64,000 bases of DNA, taken from a virus. The notes beneath the pieces were generated by a model. That model had not been told where the DNA came from. It saw nothing but the letters and a program-made list of their open reading frames with translations, and did not search any database. This document shows positions 1 through 10,065 of the stretch, one piece after another. The position numbers and the translations under genes were made by a program. The stretch spans positions 5,178-69,177 of IMG/VR virus record IMGVR_UViG_3300009149_007629. One strand, written 5' to 3'. Each line of letters begins with the position of its first letter. Within the stretch, counting starts at the first letter, position 1.

Positions 1-61
1 GGTTATTCATGTGGATACTATCTAGTATATCGGATAAGGGGGTGACTTCTGTAGACTCCAT
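1..61 (-). CDS. 5' part of a hypothetical protein running off the window edge (MESTEVTPLSDILDSIHMNN...)
   Basis: ATG at 61-59, 4 nt after the stop of the previous gene; open to position 1; not in the ORF track. Confidence 0.5.
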   Translation of the reverse strand, partial: MESTEVTPLSDILDSIHMNN

Positions 62-65
62 CAGA

Positions 66-1226
66 CTAACTCCTAGCAAATGCTAAATTTAAATATGATC
101 CTATAGAACTCTCTATTTTTAACCGTTTCATGTGATCAAAATCCTTAGCAACTAATGAGGCTCTCACCGCAAAATCCAAAGAATTCGATATTTCACTACT
201 ATTTAAGGAAACTTCATGGTAAAGTGCCTTGCTAAACTTCCCGGGGACCTTATACCTACGCACAAATTTAGCGCACTCATCATCACAATCAATCTCAGGA
301 TGTGCATTTATTAACTGTTCGACCCTTTGATTCATCTCATGAAAAGTCTCATTAATTTTATCAGATAAAGACTTGAATGTCTCTTTTAAAATACTTGACT
401 GTATATCTTCATACTTACTTGTAAAAAAAGGCTTGCCCCCAAAAGAGGCTATAAAAGAACTTTTACTCTTAATATCATATAGTAATGGATCTACCCTTAA
501 ACTAGTAGCCCCTAACTCAGATATAATCAAAGAAAAACCGGGACAGACATCTCGCCACATAATATTGTATTTATTTCCGATTGTATATCGCACATGAAGT
601 ATCAGATCATCCTTCTCATCCCCATATACAAAATCCTCATATAAAGGGATCGTCATATTCTCTAAAAGAGCTGAAAGAATATCATCATTCTTTATTACAG
701 AATGTGAGGACTTAATAATTGCCCGAAGCGTTGAGAAACTCTCAGCCTCTCTTATACGTGCTACGCATCTAGCGGAATCTTTCTCAGAATTAAGGCCACT
801 TTGCCAGGTACGAACAATATCCTCTTTTAATTTCGGCCTATTGTTCATAAAAAAACTATGAGGGATGCCAACTAACTTGCAAAACTGCTTCTGAGAATGA
901 ATAACATTAGGATCTTTAGGATTACTGGGGTTCTTTTTAAAATATACGGGATTGTTATATGATGGGATCTCTAAATACATATCTTCTTCATCCGCATGGA
1001 ATATCATATGCCTCAGATCTAAAAAGACATCCCTGCATTTATTATTCCATAGTATCTGACGATCCCTTAAGTCTGTTATCTTTGTAGGAGTAGCCCCCTC
1101 TTTTAAGGAGTCCCCATCAAAAGAGGGCCCAACAACCTCCTTAGAAGTTTCTAATTTTAAGGGTGCTCCACCCTCTCCCAGCAAGTCATCTATATCTAAT
1201 GTTTGTTCTTCCATATTATTTTCCAT
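66..1226 (-). CDS. DUF932-like phage protein (divergent)
   Basis: Motifs QFCKLVGIP, LRAIIKSSHSVIKNDDIL and GFSLIISELGATSLRVDPLLY resemble the DUF932/LGT_TIGR03299 family; the usual RLVCxNG motif is absent. Confidence 0.5.
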   Translation of the reverse strand: MENNMEEQTLDIDDLLGEGGAPLKLETSKEVVGPSFDGDSLKEGATPTKITDLRDRQILWNNKCRDVFLDLRHMIFHADEEDMYLEIPSYNNPVYFKKNPSNPKDPNVIHSQKQFCKLVGIPHSFFMNNRPKLKEDIVRTWQSGLNSEKDSARCVARIREAESFSTLRAIIKSSHSVIKNDDILSALLENMTIPLYEDFVYGDEKDDLILHVRYTIGNKYNIMWRDVCPGFSLIISELGATSLRVDPLLYDIKSKSSFIASFGGKPFFTSKYEDIQSSILKETFKSLSDKINETFHEMNQRVEQLINAHPEIDCDDECAKFVRRYKVPGKFSKALYHEVSLNSSEISNSLDFAVRASLVAKDFDHMKRLKIESSIGSYLNLAFARS

Positions 1227-1249
1227 TATTAAATATAATTATGTAAATG

Positions 1250-1459
1250 TTATTTGTATCTTTCTTTTATACTTTTTGGAAATCTTACTGCTTTATTCTT
1301 AAGACTATTTAATTTTAATAAAAGATTTCTATAGTCATGCTTATCCTCAAACCAGATATCTTTTGTATTATTAACTTTCAGTATCTGCTGTAACTTCTTG
1401 ATCTCATTAATTATATCCTGATATTGTTGCTCTTTAGGTATTTCCGTCTTTCCAGTCAT
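1250..1459 (-). CDS. small hypothetical coiled-coil protein
   Basis: 69-aa ORF filling the gap in the operon, with a short overlap with the sigma-factor gene. Confidence 0.6.
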   Translation of the reverse strand: MTGKTEIPKEQQYQDIINEIKKLQQILKVNNTKDIWFEDKHDYRNLLLKLNSLKNKAVRFPKSIKERYK

Positions 1460-2063
1460 CGAACTTTTTCCTCATATCTTGCCTAAGTATCTTAACTAAA
1501 TTTGGAGAAACCCTTAATGTCTGAGCGATATCCACGCTCTTACAGCCCGCCCCTCGTTTTTTTAAGATCTCTATCATCCTCTTAGCTTTCTTAGGGGGTT
1601 CAGTCTTTTCTATGTATGATATAAAGTCAGAAAGGTACGCTTGACATTCATCTTTTGTGCTAAAATAAGCATGAGCATGATCTCCCCACATATCCCCCTC
1701 AGATTTATCAAAACTCCCCTCTATCTTATACCCATAATCATTGCCTTTTCCCAGAAACTCCCAAACATCCATATATTTATAATTATTATATATCTCCGAG
1801 ACATGATTATACATAACTCTATGATTCTTTTTCTTAGATAACGGGAATGTCCAGCAAAATAAGGTTATTATATACGTATCAAATTTCCCCTTGGACGGGT
1901 CATACTCATCTAAAGCCCTCGTCTCTATAAGACTAACATAAAAGCTGTATATAGTATCATGTAAAATATCCTTATCCGTGATACCCGTCTTATATGTCAT
2001 AAACTTCTTAAGGTGCTCCTCGTTTTTTTTAACAAAATCTTTGACGGTGGCGGCCTCAACCAT
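1434..2063 (-). CDS. phage-encoded sigma-70 family (alternative/ECF-like) sigma factor
   Basis: Region 2-like YDPSKGKFDTY; C-terminal region 4 HTH KSVDIAQTLRVSPNLVK; SD-like AAAGGGGGG upstream. Confidence 0.75.
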   Translation of the reverse strand: MVEAATVKDFVKKNEEHLKKFMTYKTGITDKDILHDTIYSFYVSLIETRALDEYDPSKGKFDTYIITLFCWTFPLSKKKNHRVMYNHVSEIYNNYKYMDVWEFLGKGNDYGYKIEGSFDKSEGDMWGDHAHAYFSTKDECQAYLSDFISYIEKTEPPKKAKRMIEILKKRGAGCKSVDIAQTLRVSPNLVKILRQDMRKKFDDWKDGNT

Positions 2064-2081
2064 TTTGTTCCCCCCTTTATT

Positions 2082-4574
2082 CTAGATATTATATAAAAGA
2101 CACGCCATTACAAACGCATCAATACAAAATTCATGCTTACTCCGAAAAAGTACTTCACCCTTTTTTGTAACAAGGCAGATTTTAAATTTAGGCCCTTCAA
2201 AAATCCCTTTACTCATTTTAAGCACATGTAGGATCACCCCCACCTGCTTAGCACTGATAGCATCATTATTTATCGAATATATAAAGTACCCCTCATTATC
2301 TATACGCTCAGAAAGCTTCTCTTTAAGCTCAATCTCATCCAATGCTACAAACTCCTTCGCAACTAAAGGCACTAACCCCTGATCCCCTTTATTTTCAGAA
2401 ACAATCTCTCGGGCACTCTGAGGAAATATGCTTTTTTTTTCTTCTTCATCTTCTTTACCCTTTACAGGGGTCTCATTATATACCGGATCAGATACAGTAG
2501 TATCTTGTTTAGACTCAACTGTAGGACCCTCTTCTTTCTTTTTTGCCCTTTTCTCCTTCCAATAGTCATTAGTGATACTAAGCGTGTCACCGTACTCAGC
2601 ATCCACTTCAAAAGGAACAGGCCACCCTAATTTATCTACGATATCCCGTATCACCATCAACTCACATAGCTCCGGGATATAAAAGTCTAACTTATCCTCT
2701 TTTATTTCAAAAACGATTTCATCATGGATAGGCATAATAATCTTTACATCATCTTCAAAACCATTTTCATGTATCCATTTCCACACCCTAAATAAAGCGA
2801 TCTTTATGATATCACTTCCGCACCCCTGAATCTGACTATTAATAGCCAGTCTGTCCCCTTTTGCCTGGATACGCCTATCCTCATTGGTATAGTACTCAGT
2901 CAGAGGTCTACGTCTTCCTAATGCAGTACTACTATAACCTCTCTTTCTACACCTCTTAGATTCTTCTGTTATCCAGTTATTTAAACCTTTATATGCTGTA
3001 AAGAAATTTATGATCATCTTTTTAGCGGTATCAATGGTTATTTTTGCCTGAGCTGCAAAGCCTGCAGGCCCTCCGCCATACATCGTCAGAAAGTTAATGG
3101 TTTTTCCCAGTTTTCTTTCTTTTTTGGAAATTTTATCTTTTCTAAGGATAGCTTTAGTTGTCAGAGTATGAAGATCCCCTGTACCTTCTAAAAACTCTTT
3201 AATCCACATGGGCTCCCGAGAAAGATTAGCAGCTATACGAAGTTCCTCACCACTATAATCGATAGTGACTATCTTAAAACCCGCATGAGCTAACAGAGCT
3301 CTTCTTAAATTAATAGCATCAGGATTGTCATCATTTGGAGCAGGGATATTTTGACAGTTTACTCCACTATAACCGTCTACTAAAAGGCCACCTCCACCGG
3401 TACTATTAAAGCGCCCGGTCTCCGCCCGTACCTGATTAAGCTGAAACTTAACCTCATTATTACTATCAGCATTTTTTATAAAATTCTCAATGTATGTGCC
3501 AAGAATTTTTTCTAACTTACGGTGCTTCATTATTAAATCAACTATTGGGTACTTGTCCTGGATCTTTTCCAGTATTTCCCCTCCAGTCATGTACTGACCA
3601 CTTGCTGTTTTATCTTTTATAGGATACACATATTTAAGTTCATTAAATAGTAGCTCTCCCAGCTGCTTCGGGCTGTCTATATCAAATTCCCGGCCAGCAA
3701 TATCATACATACTAGATTTTAAAGTTTTAAGCTTAGTTATAACTTCTTCTCTTTTTTGCTTCAGATAGGGAATATCTATCCTTACATAATTGCGCTCCAT
3801 CTCCATCGTTACAAAGGTACAACGCTTTTCTACTTTATAGATAGCCCATGGCCCGGATCTACCTGTAGGATCCTGATTATCTAAGCGGTACTTAAACAAC
3901 TTATATAAACCAAAACTATTCATAGCGTCAGGAGCTCCATAGTACAAAGCTCTTGCTGGAGGTACCATATCAAAGGATACAACCTTTTTATTATTTGTAA
4001 GAACCCCTAAGCCATCAATTGAAAGCATGGGTCTCTTCAAAAGCATCTCTGAGAGTGGTTTTAAACCTTTCTGTTTCCTGGAGGAATCTTCTACGGCAGC
4101 CATTAACATGGTATCTTCGTACATATTCTCGTCAGTTATGTAAATACCATAATTCCACAATATCTGACCGTCATACTTAAAATTATGGTAGATACAAACA
4201 CAGTTAGCACAAAGCCTCCTCAGTTGCTCTATCATAAAACTTTCAGCTACATTGTATTCCCGGTCTACATGAGCTACGGGGACATAAACTCCCTCCATAG
4301 CACTTGAAGCCATACATATCCCAACAATAGTGGATGCAGATCTCCCGTCCTCATTTAATCGAGTATTTAATCCGGTGGTTTCTAAATCTAGAGCACAGAT
4401 TTTATTCTCTATTAGAAAATCTATGTACTCTTCAACATCTTTTTGTGTCGTAAGAAGCCTAAATGATAACTTTGGATTTTCCATCCATTCTTTTTTATCC
4501 AGAATATCCTTAACTCCTTCTGAATTAAAATCATTTAGCATATGTGTAGCTATTGAAACGCCCCTCTTTGCCAT
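2082..4574 (-). CDS. polA: family A DNA polymerase (3'-5' exonuclease + polymerase, no 5'-3' exonuclease, C-terminal extension)
   Basis: ExoI LDLETTG, ExoII HNFKYD, ExoIII YGAPDA; TGR; motif A DYSGEELR, motif B RKLGKTINFLTMYG, motif C IHDE. Confidence 0.95.
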   Translation of the reverse strand: MAKRGVSIATHMLNDFNSEGVKDILDKKEWMENPKLSFRLLTTQKDVEEYIDFLIENKICALDLETTGLNTRLNEDGRSASTIVGICMASSAMEGVYVPVAHVDREYNVAESFMIEQLRRLCANCVCIYHNFKYDGQILWNYGIYITDENMYEDTMLMAAVEDSSRKQKGLKPLSEMLLKRPMLSIDGLGVLTNNKKVVSFDMVPPARALYYGAPDAMNSFGLYKLFKYRLDNQDPTGRSGPWAIYKVEKRCTFVTMEMERNYVRIDIPYLKQKREEVITKLKTLKSSMYDIAGREFDIDSPKQLGELLFNELKYVYPIKDKTASGQYMTGGEILEKIQDKYPIVDLIMKHRKLEKILGTYIENFIKNADSNNEVKFQLNQVRAETGRFNSTGGGGLLVDGYSGVNCQNIPAPNDDNPDAINLRRALLAHAGFKIVTIDYSGEELRIAANLSREPMWIKEFLEGTGDLHTLTTKAILRKDKISKKERKLGKTINFLTMYGGGPAGFAAQAKITIDTAKKMIINFFTAYKGLNNWITEESKRCRKRGYSSTALGRRRPLTEYYTNEDRRIQAKGDRLAINSQIQGCGSDIIKIALFRVWKWIHENGFEDDVKIIMPIHDEIVFEIKEDKLDFYIPELCELMVIRDIVDKLGWPVPFEVDAEYGDTLSITNDYWKEKRAKKKEEGPTVESKQDTTVSDPVYNETPVKGKEDEEEKKSIFPQSAREIVSENKGDQGLVPLVAKEFVALDEIELKEKLSERIDNEGYFIYSINNDAISAKQVGVILHVLKMSKGIFEGPKFKICLVTKKGEVLFRSKHEFCIDAFVMACLLYNI

Positions 4575-5120
4575 TTATACTTCCTCAATGGTTTTAAGTA
4601 TATAGTTCTTAAGTGCCCCAGATGCCCTATCAAATTTTTCTTCCGGAGTAGCATTCCTTAGTATCATATAAGCCAGGACCATCTTAGAATATTTTTCAAA
4701 ATCAATTTCATCTTTTAAGGCCTTAATCGCCTGTGCTATCTTCTCTACAAACAATTTATTATTACTAGACTTTGAAACTTCTGTTTTATACGTTTTACTT
4801 TTTGGAGCCTCAAAAGCATCAGGTAGCTTTGAGATATCTATCCGGTATCTACTTATTAATACTCTTAGGACAGCCTGAAAACTTAAGCCCTCTTCTTTAC
4901 CTACCCAAGAAAAAAGATCAAGCTTTTCCTTACATACCCAGCAGTAAGAAGAATCCGTACTCTTATAAAATCGTGAGCTCTTCTTATTATCAGTTCCATG
5001 AAAAGGACAAGAAAACTGCTCCTCCTCTATTGCACCTGTTATTAGGCTTCTTGATAGAAGGATATCTGATAAAGATATATGCCTTTTTATTTCTTTTTTT
5101 ATGGATTCCAGATCCTTCAT
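4575..5120 (-). CDS. stand-alone CHC2 (DnaG-type) zinc-finger protein
   Basis: CPFHGTDNKKS...SYCWVC motif of the DnaG zinc-binding domain; only 181 aa, no TOPRIM motifs. Confidence 0.85.
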   Translation of the reverse strand: MKDLESIKKEIKRHISLSDILLSRSLITGAIEEEQFSCPFHGTDNKKSSRFYKSTDSSYCWVCKEKLDLFSWVGKEEGLSFQAVLRVLISRYRIDISKLPDAFEAPKSKTYKTEVSKSSNNKLFVEKIAQAIKALKDEIDFEKYSKMVLAYMILRNATPEEKFDRASGALKNYILKTIEEV

Positions 5121-5122
5121 CT

Positions 5123-6661
5123 TTAACCTACTATCCCACTGATATCTATATTTGATGAATTCTCTATAGTATCTGTAAAGTTATAAATGAAGCCTGTTTC
5201 TAACTGAGCACAAGCATCAAAAGGCTCAAAAGATCCAGCCCTTCTATTCTTAAGCCCACATATCTTTAATTTTGCGTACTCCTCACTATCCTCGGGCTTA
5301 AAAAGTGATAGGATAACATCCGAGGAACGTTCTGCTTCATGTGCATTTGAAAGAGCAGTTAAATAATAACGTCCTTCATTCGCCAAGGCCTCCCTATAAC
5401 CATTTCTGTTCATCTGAAAAGGTGAGAGCACTCTACACCCTCTACCATTATTAAAAGTCAGACAAATTCTTTTTAAATTCTTAATAATATTATTAGTAGT
5501 CTGATTATGGTCTCGAGTCTTCTCTTCTTCTGTAGATCCCATAAGAGTTATGTAATCCACAATGGAAAGTTCCAGGTCACCTCGGTTGTCTGCACGAAGC
5601 TCCTGCTGCCAAGAACGCATCTGCATCTCAATATCAGCAGTTGTAACATCGGATTTTGAAGGCTGCCATATAAACATTCGGCCATATTCTTCTGATTTAC
5701 TATTTATAGCTTTATCAAAATCTTTACAGATCTCAAACCAGAAATCCTGTTCCCGACTATTCAGTCTGCCGTATTCTACATCGTTATATTTTATATTTCC
5801 TACAAGATCTGCGAATTCAGGAAGGAGCTCTTTAAAGATAGGGTTACAGGCATGTAGTACATATAAATGCCTCCGTATTTCTATGTAGGTTTGCTCTAAG
5901 CTTACATAACAGGAGTTCCAGCCACCAAAAAGAGCTCTGTACGCAAGATTTAAACAGAAGGTAGTTTTACAATGCCCTGTAAAAGCAGCTACAAGCCATA
6001 ACTCTGTATTACGCATCCCACCAGTTTTATCATCTATCTGTTTAAGCCACGTACTTATACCTAATGTATCTAAAGGATTTGTAGCAGCTCTTTTATATTC
6101 TTCTAATATCTCTGTAGAATCCTCTGTAGATATTATCTGACCTTCTGTTTTTACCCCTGTTAAATTTCTTTGTAGCTCTTTAGTCTCTCTGGCGAAATAA
6201 GAGATAGCATCTGTAATACCCTTTATCTCTTTTTTATTTCGGCCTCTACCTAATGTAAGACCTGTTGACGCTACCTTATTTGAATTAGATAGGACTCTCT
6301 CAAATCTTAATAGATTCTGCTCATCGTTATAATTCTCCAGGATGGTTCTAAAATCCTGGCCGATGTAAGGAGTCTGTACTTTAATCTTTTCTAATAGAGC
6401 AAGAACAGTCTCATCACCCTCTACTGCCTCATAATTTGCTTTTATAAACTCATATGAAGGAAGCTCCGGCTGACCGTCTGCTTTTTTTATATAATTAAGA
6501 ATAAAATGATATAACTTTTTATAGGCTTTCTCTTCCGGTGGATTAGGTACTACATTTTGTAAAGATCTAAAATTCTTAAGAAGATCTTTTTGGGTAATAG
6601 TCTCTTTACCCTCTTTTTTAAAATTTATAATTGATCTAAAGAGTACATCTAGATCTACCAT
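5123..6661 (-). CDS. dnaB: DnaB-like (SF4) replicative helicase
   Basis: Walker A AAFTGHCKTT, H1a VSLEQ, Walker B IVDYI, H3 FQMNR, H4 AERSSDVILSL...LKNR; SD GGAG. Confidence 0.9.
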   Translation of the reverse strand: MVDLDVLFRSIINFKKEGKETITQKDLLKNFRSLQNVVPNPPEEKAYKKLYHFILNYIKKADGQPELPSYEFIKANYEAVEGDETVLALLEKIKVQTPYIGQDFRTILENYNDEQNLLRFERVLSNSNKVASTGLTLGRGRNKKEIKGITDAISYFARETKELQRNLTGVKTEGQIISTEDSTEILEEYKRAATNPLDTLGISTWLKQIDDKTGGMRNTELWLVAAFTGHCKTTFCLNLAYRALFGGWNSCYVSLEQTYIEIRRHLYVLHACNPIFKELLPEFADLVGNIKYNDVEYGRLNSREQDFWFEICKDFDKAINSKSEEYGRMFIWQPSKSDVTTADIEMQMRSWQQELRADNRGDLELSIVDYITLMGSTEEEKTRDHNQTTNNIIKNLKRICLTFNNGRGCRVLSPFQMNRNGYREALANEGRYYLTALSNAHEAERSSDVILSLFKPEDSEEYAKLKICGLKNRRAGSFEPFDACAQLETGFIYNFTDTIENSSNIDISGIVG

Positions 6662-6675
6662 ATTCTCTCCAAAAT

Positions 6676-7368
6676 CTATAAATTAGATAGTCTGTCCTGT
6701 GTGTCCCGAGACATCTTAGCACTTATTTTACCCGTCACACCCGCAAAATATCCCTTATAAGCATTTACTGTTAACCTTACTTTTACATACTTCTCAAAAT
6801 ATTGATCTAAATCCTGGCTATAATCTTTTGAACCCTTTAGAGTACCCTCATCCCTTGAGTATATCCAAGTGCTTTTACCCAGACGATACCGGTTCTTAAT
6901 AACCTCACATACTGAACTCTTTAATGTTTTGTACTCCGACTGGGAAGTAAACAAAATCACTAAGAGATCATACTGATTTAAAGCTAATAATGTTAATCTG
7001 GACCCATCTTCCTTTGGGGCATGGTATTTATCTACAATTTCCATACCCTCCAGTACCATATAGTCCTTAGTTATAAAACCCTTTGTGAAAAAACTTTTTA
7101 CAGTATATAAAAAGAGATCTTCGTCACCATAGAAGATCATGTTTTTATCACTATATCTCTTATGTACTTCTGAGGCATCTACAGGAGGGACTACAGGGTA
7201 TTTAGATAGGATAGTAAACTTTTTTCTTATCTGAGCGCTGATCTCACAATAACACGGAACACCATATGTGTATATGGCTTTTTTCCCCATAGTGATTATA
7301 GTTTTATGTGCGGTCCCTATAAATTTAGTACCACCACAATACGGGCACGGGTTCTCTTTTAAATTCAT
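6676..7368 (-). CDS. DnaC/IstB-like helicase loader, degenerate ATPase
   Basis: N-terminal Zn ribbon CPYC...PCYC; NMIFYG, YDLLVI and VIKNRYRLGKSTWIYS follow the DnaC layout; directly upstream of DnaB. Confidence 0.65.
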   Translation of the reverse strand: MNLKENPCPYCGGTKFIGTAHKTIITMGKKAIYTYGVPCYCEISAQIRKKFTILSKYPVVPPVDASEVHKRYSDKNMIFYGDEDLFLYTVKSFFTKGFITKDYMVLEGMEIVDKYHAPKEDGSRLTLLALNQYDLLVILFTSQSEYKTLKSSVCEVIKNRYRLGKSTWIYSRDEGTLKGSKDYSQDLDQYFEKYVKVRLTVNAYKGYFAGVTGKISAKMSRDTQDRLSNL

Positions 7369-7383
7369 ATATTCCTCTAAAAA

Positions 7384-10065
7384 CTAAGAAAAAACTTTAG
7401 AGTATAAGGCGTCTATGTCGCTTTCACTATCCTCAAAAAGAAGCTCATCTTCCCCAAACTCTATAGCTCCATGAGCTATATCACCCATTACATCATTTAT
7501 TAAACTTTTTTTCTTTTCCAAAATTTTTAAAACATGCTCATCTATAGTCTCTTTTGTAACTAGATGCACTAAATAAATGTGCTTGTATATACTACCTATA
7601 CGCTGTGCTCTTCCTATCGTTTGATACAGGTCACCATAAGACCAAGGAGTATCATAGAATAGGATTACATTAGCTGACTGAAGATTTATAGCTGCAGACC
7701 CCGCATATGTAATGAAGATCACATTTACATCATCATCAAAATCCTGAAACCTTAACTTATTTTTATTTCTATCCGCTGAAGAAACATCCCCCGTGATCTT
7801 AACATGACTCATCTCAAGATCATCCAGGATCTTCTCTAATATCGGTATACCTGATTTAAACCTCGTAAATAATATAACCTTCTCATTTGATAGCTCGTAC
7901 TCGAAAAGCCGCCTAAATTCATCCTCCTTAGCACTAACACCCTCCTCATTTACCCATGAGGGGCCATTAGACACTAATTGACAGTAAGACAGAGCAGCTA
8001 TCTTACTGTTTGCTACACCCTCTTCTGTTAATGAATTGTCATATGCTATTTGAAGCTTTTCATATTTAACGAGATCACTCTCTTTAGGGTTCTTTTGTGA
8101 TGCCAGCTTCTCTTTTAACTCAAAATAACGGGTCCTTAATAATCTTCGATACAAATCCCCCGAAAGAGCTTCTTTATAAAGCTTTCTCTGAGCAGTAGTC
8201 ATTTCTACTACAACTTTTTTAGATATTAGGGAGGGGAGATCTTTTGCCACATCCCTTGTTTTACGTATTAAGAAGAAAGGGTCTATTACACGCTTAAATT
8301 CCTTTAGATCCTTGTACCCTACGACTTCATTGAAGCGGATCTTCTTCTTTGACCCCTTCTTTCTAAGCTCATGCTTCTTCCTAATTGTATACTTAGCTAA
8401 AAATTTGTTCTTACCTCCCAAAAGACCCGGGACGATCACTTTATAGATGTAATATGCCTCTTCTAGCCTGTTTTTTATTACTGTAGCGCTTAAACCGTAT
8501 ACTCTATGGGCTCTGTTTGCAATTTCATCCGCTCCCATATGCTTTAATGTTCTGTGGTTTTTGATTTCCTGACATTCATCTATTATAAAAGTGAACTTTG
8601 GATATCTATTCTCTATTAAGAAGGTGTAATCCTCCTGTATTGCATAGTAATTAACTATTAAAACATTTGCATCTACTGTCTCATATTGAGCTTTTCGAGC
8701 TTTATACCCATGTACACGTCTAAAAGGGATCTCTTTTTCAATAAGATCCTCTACAAGGCCATACCCTAAGCCATCTTTTCTTTCCCCATAAACAGTTTGA
8801 AGTACATGTGTTGTAATACCTACTGTAAACTTATCGAATTCTTCCGCCCACTGATCCATAGCAGACTTAGGACATACTATAAGAAGCTTTAATTCCGGGT
8901 CCTTCTGAAGACAAAAGGAGTACGAAGCAATATTTTGAAGGGTGTTATGGTTAATGAACCCGTTACCAACAAAATTATGACCATCAGGTACATGAAAATC
9001 AAAAAAGTCACACCTAACATTCTTAATCTCTACAACTTTTTCCAATTTTGTAGATTGAATATCTCTTAATACGCGGCCCTCGTATAGATCATATAAAGTT
9101 TGGGTATCTCTTACTTCTAATTTATAGCTAGACACTACCGAATTTACCCCTAAAGTCCTAAGTAGCATCTGTAAAGACTGGAGATATGGTTTATAGCGAG
9201 TTTCAAATACTATTGAGCCTCCCCCGGGCTTTGGTACCCCTATTACTCCCTTTACATAAGCTATTATTACCTGTTTTGGGCTTCTAAAAATCTGATCAGG
9301 TACTATATAACCCTGGATATCCGTGTGTATCTTAAAATTTAATGATTTCTTAATAACATCCATTGATATCTTTGCATTTTTATACACTTTATTAAGGTAT
9401 ATAAAAAGATATGTGTAAAAACTATCTGAATATTCTGAGTTATTGTTATTAAGAAAGAAATATTTGTAGATGCCTAAAGAGTATGCAAATTTTTCATCTA
9501 TCCGAAGAACTATATCCCCATTTATCTCTAAAGGGACCTCTTGGATCTCTGTAGGAAAAACATACCCTCCAGTTTTTATCTGAACTTGATCCCCTACTGT
9601 GAGATCTTGTAACTTTCTGTAGATACCACTCTTTTCCAGCACTGGGTGATGAGGAAGGCCTTTAATCCGGTACCCTGATTCAGTAATCACCTCTAAACCT
9701 TTAGAGGATCCACTAAAATAGATATGAGAAGCTTTCTTATACCCACCCTCCCCCAGCACCTCAACACCATCTAAGGCATGTAAAGTATCTGGGATCCTAA
9801 TATCTGATTTATAGAAATGCTTTATGGGAAAAATGCCCTTAGAAGTAGGAATTAACGTATCTTCTGATACGCATTTTCCAAGCCCTGCGCTATCTCCGAG
9901 GATCATCCTACTTAGGCATATTAGATGCAGGCAACCTACTACTTGATAACCACGTAGTTTTGTAGACTCTTTTAAGTATTTGCAGCTCTTTAATACAGGC
10001 TCTTTTTTACCTTCCCGTAATTCTTTTAGAAAAGGATAATTAGAGGGTGTGTCTGAGAAACCCAT
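7384..10065 (-). CDS. SNF2-family SF2 helicase/ATPase containing an intein
   Basis: LRGYQ, motif I GDSAGLGK[intein]T, Ia LIVCPKS, II IIDECQ, III LSAT, V AINLQSA, VI QTIGRAQRIG. Confidence 0.92.
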   Translation of the reverse strand: MGFSDTPSNYPFLKELREGKKEPVLKSCKYLKESTKLRGYQVVGCLHLICLSRMILGDSAGLGKCVSEDTLIPTSKGIFPIKHFYKSDIRIPDTLHALDGVEVLGEGGYKKASHIYFSGSSKGLEVITESGYRIKGLPHHPVLEKSGIYRKLQDLTVGDQVQIKTGGYVFPTEIQEVPLEINGDIVLRIDEKFAYSLGIYKYFFLNNNNSEYSDSFYTYLFIYLNKVYKNAKISMDVIKKSLNFKIHTDIQGYIVPDQIFRSPKQVIIAYVKGVIGVPKPGGGSIVFETRYKPYLQSLQMLLRTLGVNSVVSSYKLEVRDTQTLYDLYEGRVLRDIQSTKLEKVVEIKNVRCDFFDFHVPDGHNFVGNGFINHNTLQNIASYSFCLQKDPELKLLIVCPKSAMDQWAEEFDKFTVGITTHVLQTVYGERKDGLGYGLVEDLIEKEIPFRRVHGYKARKAQYETVDANVLIVNYYAIQEDYTFLIENRYPKFTFIIDECQEIKNHRTLKHMGADEIANRAHRVYGLSATVIKNRLEEAYYIYKVIVPGLLGGKNKFLAKYTIRKKHELRKKGSKKKIRFNEVVGYKDLKEFKRVIDPFFLIRKTRDVAKDLPSLISKKVVVEMTTAQRKLYKEALSGDLYRRLLRTRYFELKEKLASQKNPKESDLVKYEKLQIAYDNSLTEEGVANSKIAALSYCQLVSNGPSWVNEEGVSAKEDEFRRLFEYELSNEKVILFTRFKSGIPILEKILDDLEMSHVKITGDVSSADRNKNKLRFQDFDDDVNVIFITYAGSAAINLQSANVILFYDTPWSYGDLYQTIGRAQRIGSIYKHIYLVHLVTKETIDEHVLKILEKKKSLINDVMGDIAHGAIEFGEDELLFEDSESDIDALYSKVFS
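8944..9873 (-). mobile_element. intein (310 aa) with degenerate LAGLIDADG homing endonuclease region
   Basis: Starts CVSEDTLI, block B GLPHHPVL, ends FDFHVPDGHNFVGNGFINHN followed by Thr; removal restores Walker A GLGK-T. Confidence 0.92.
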
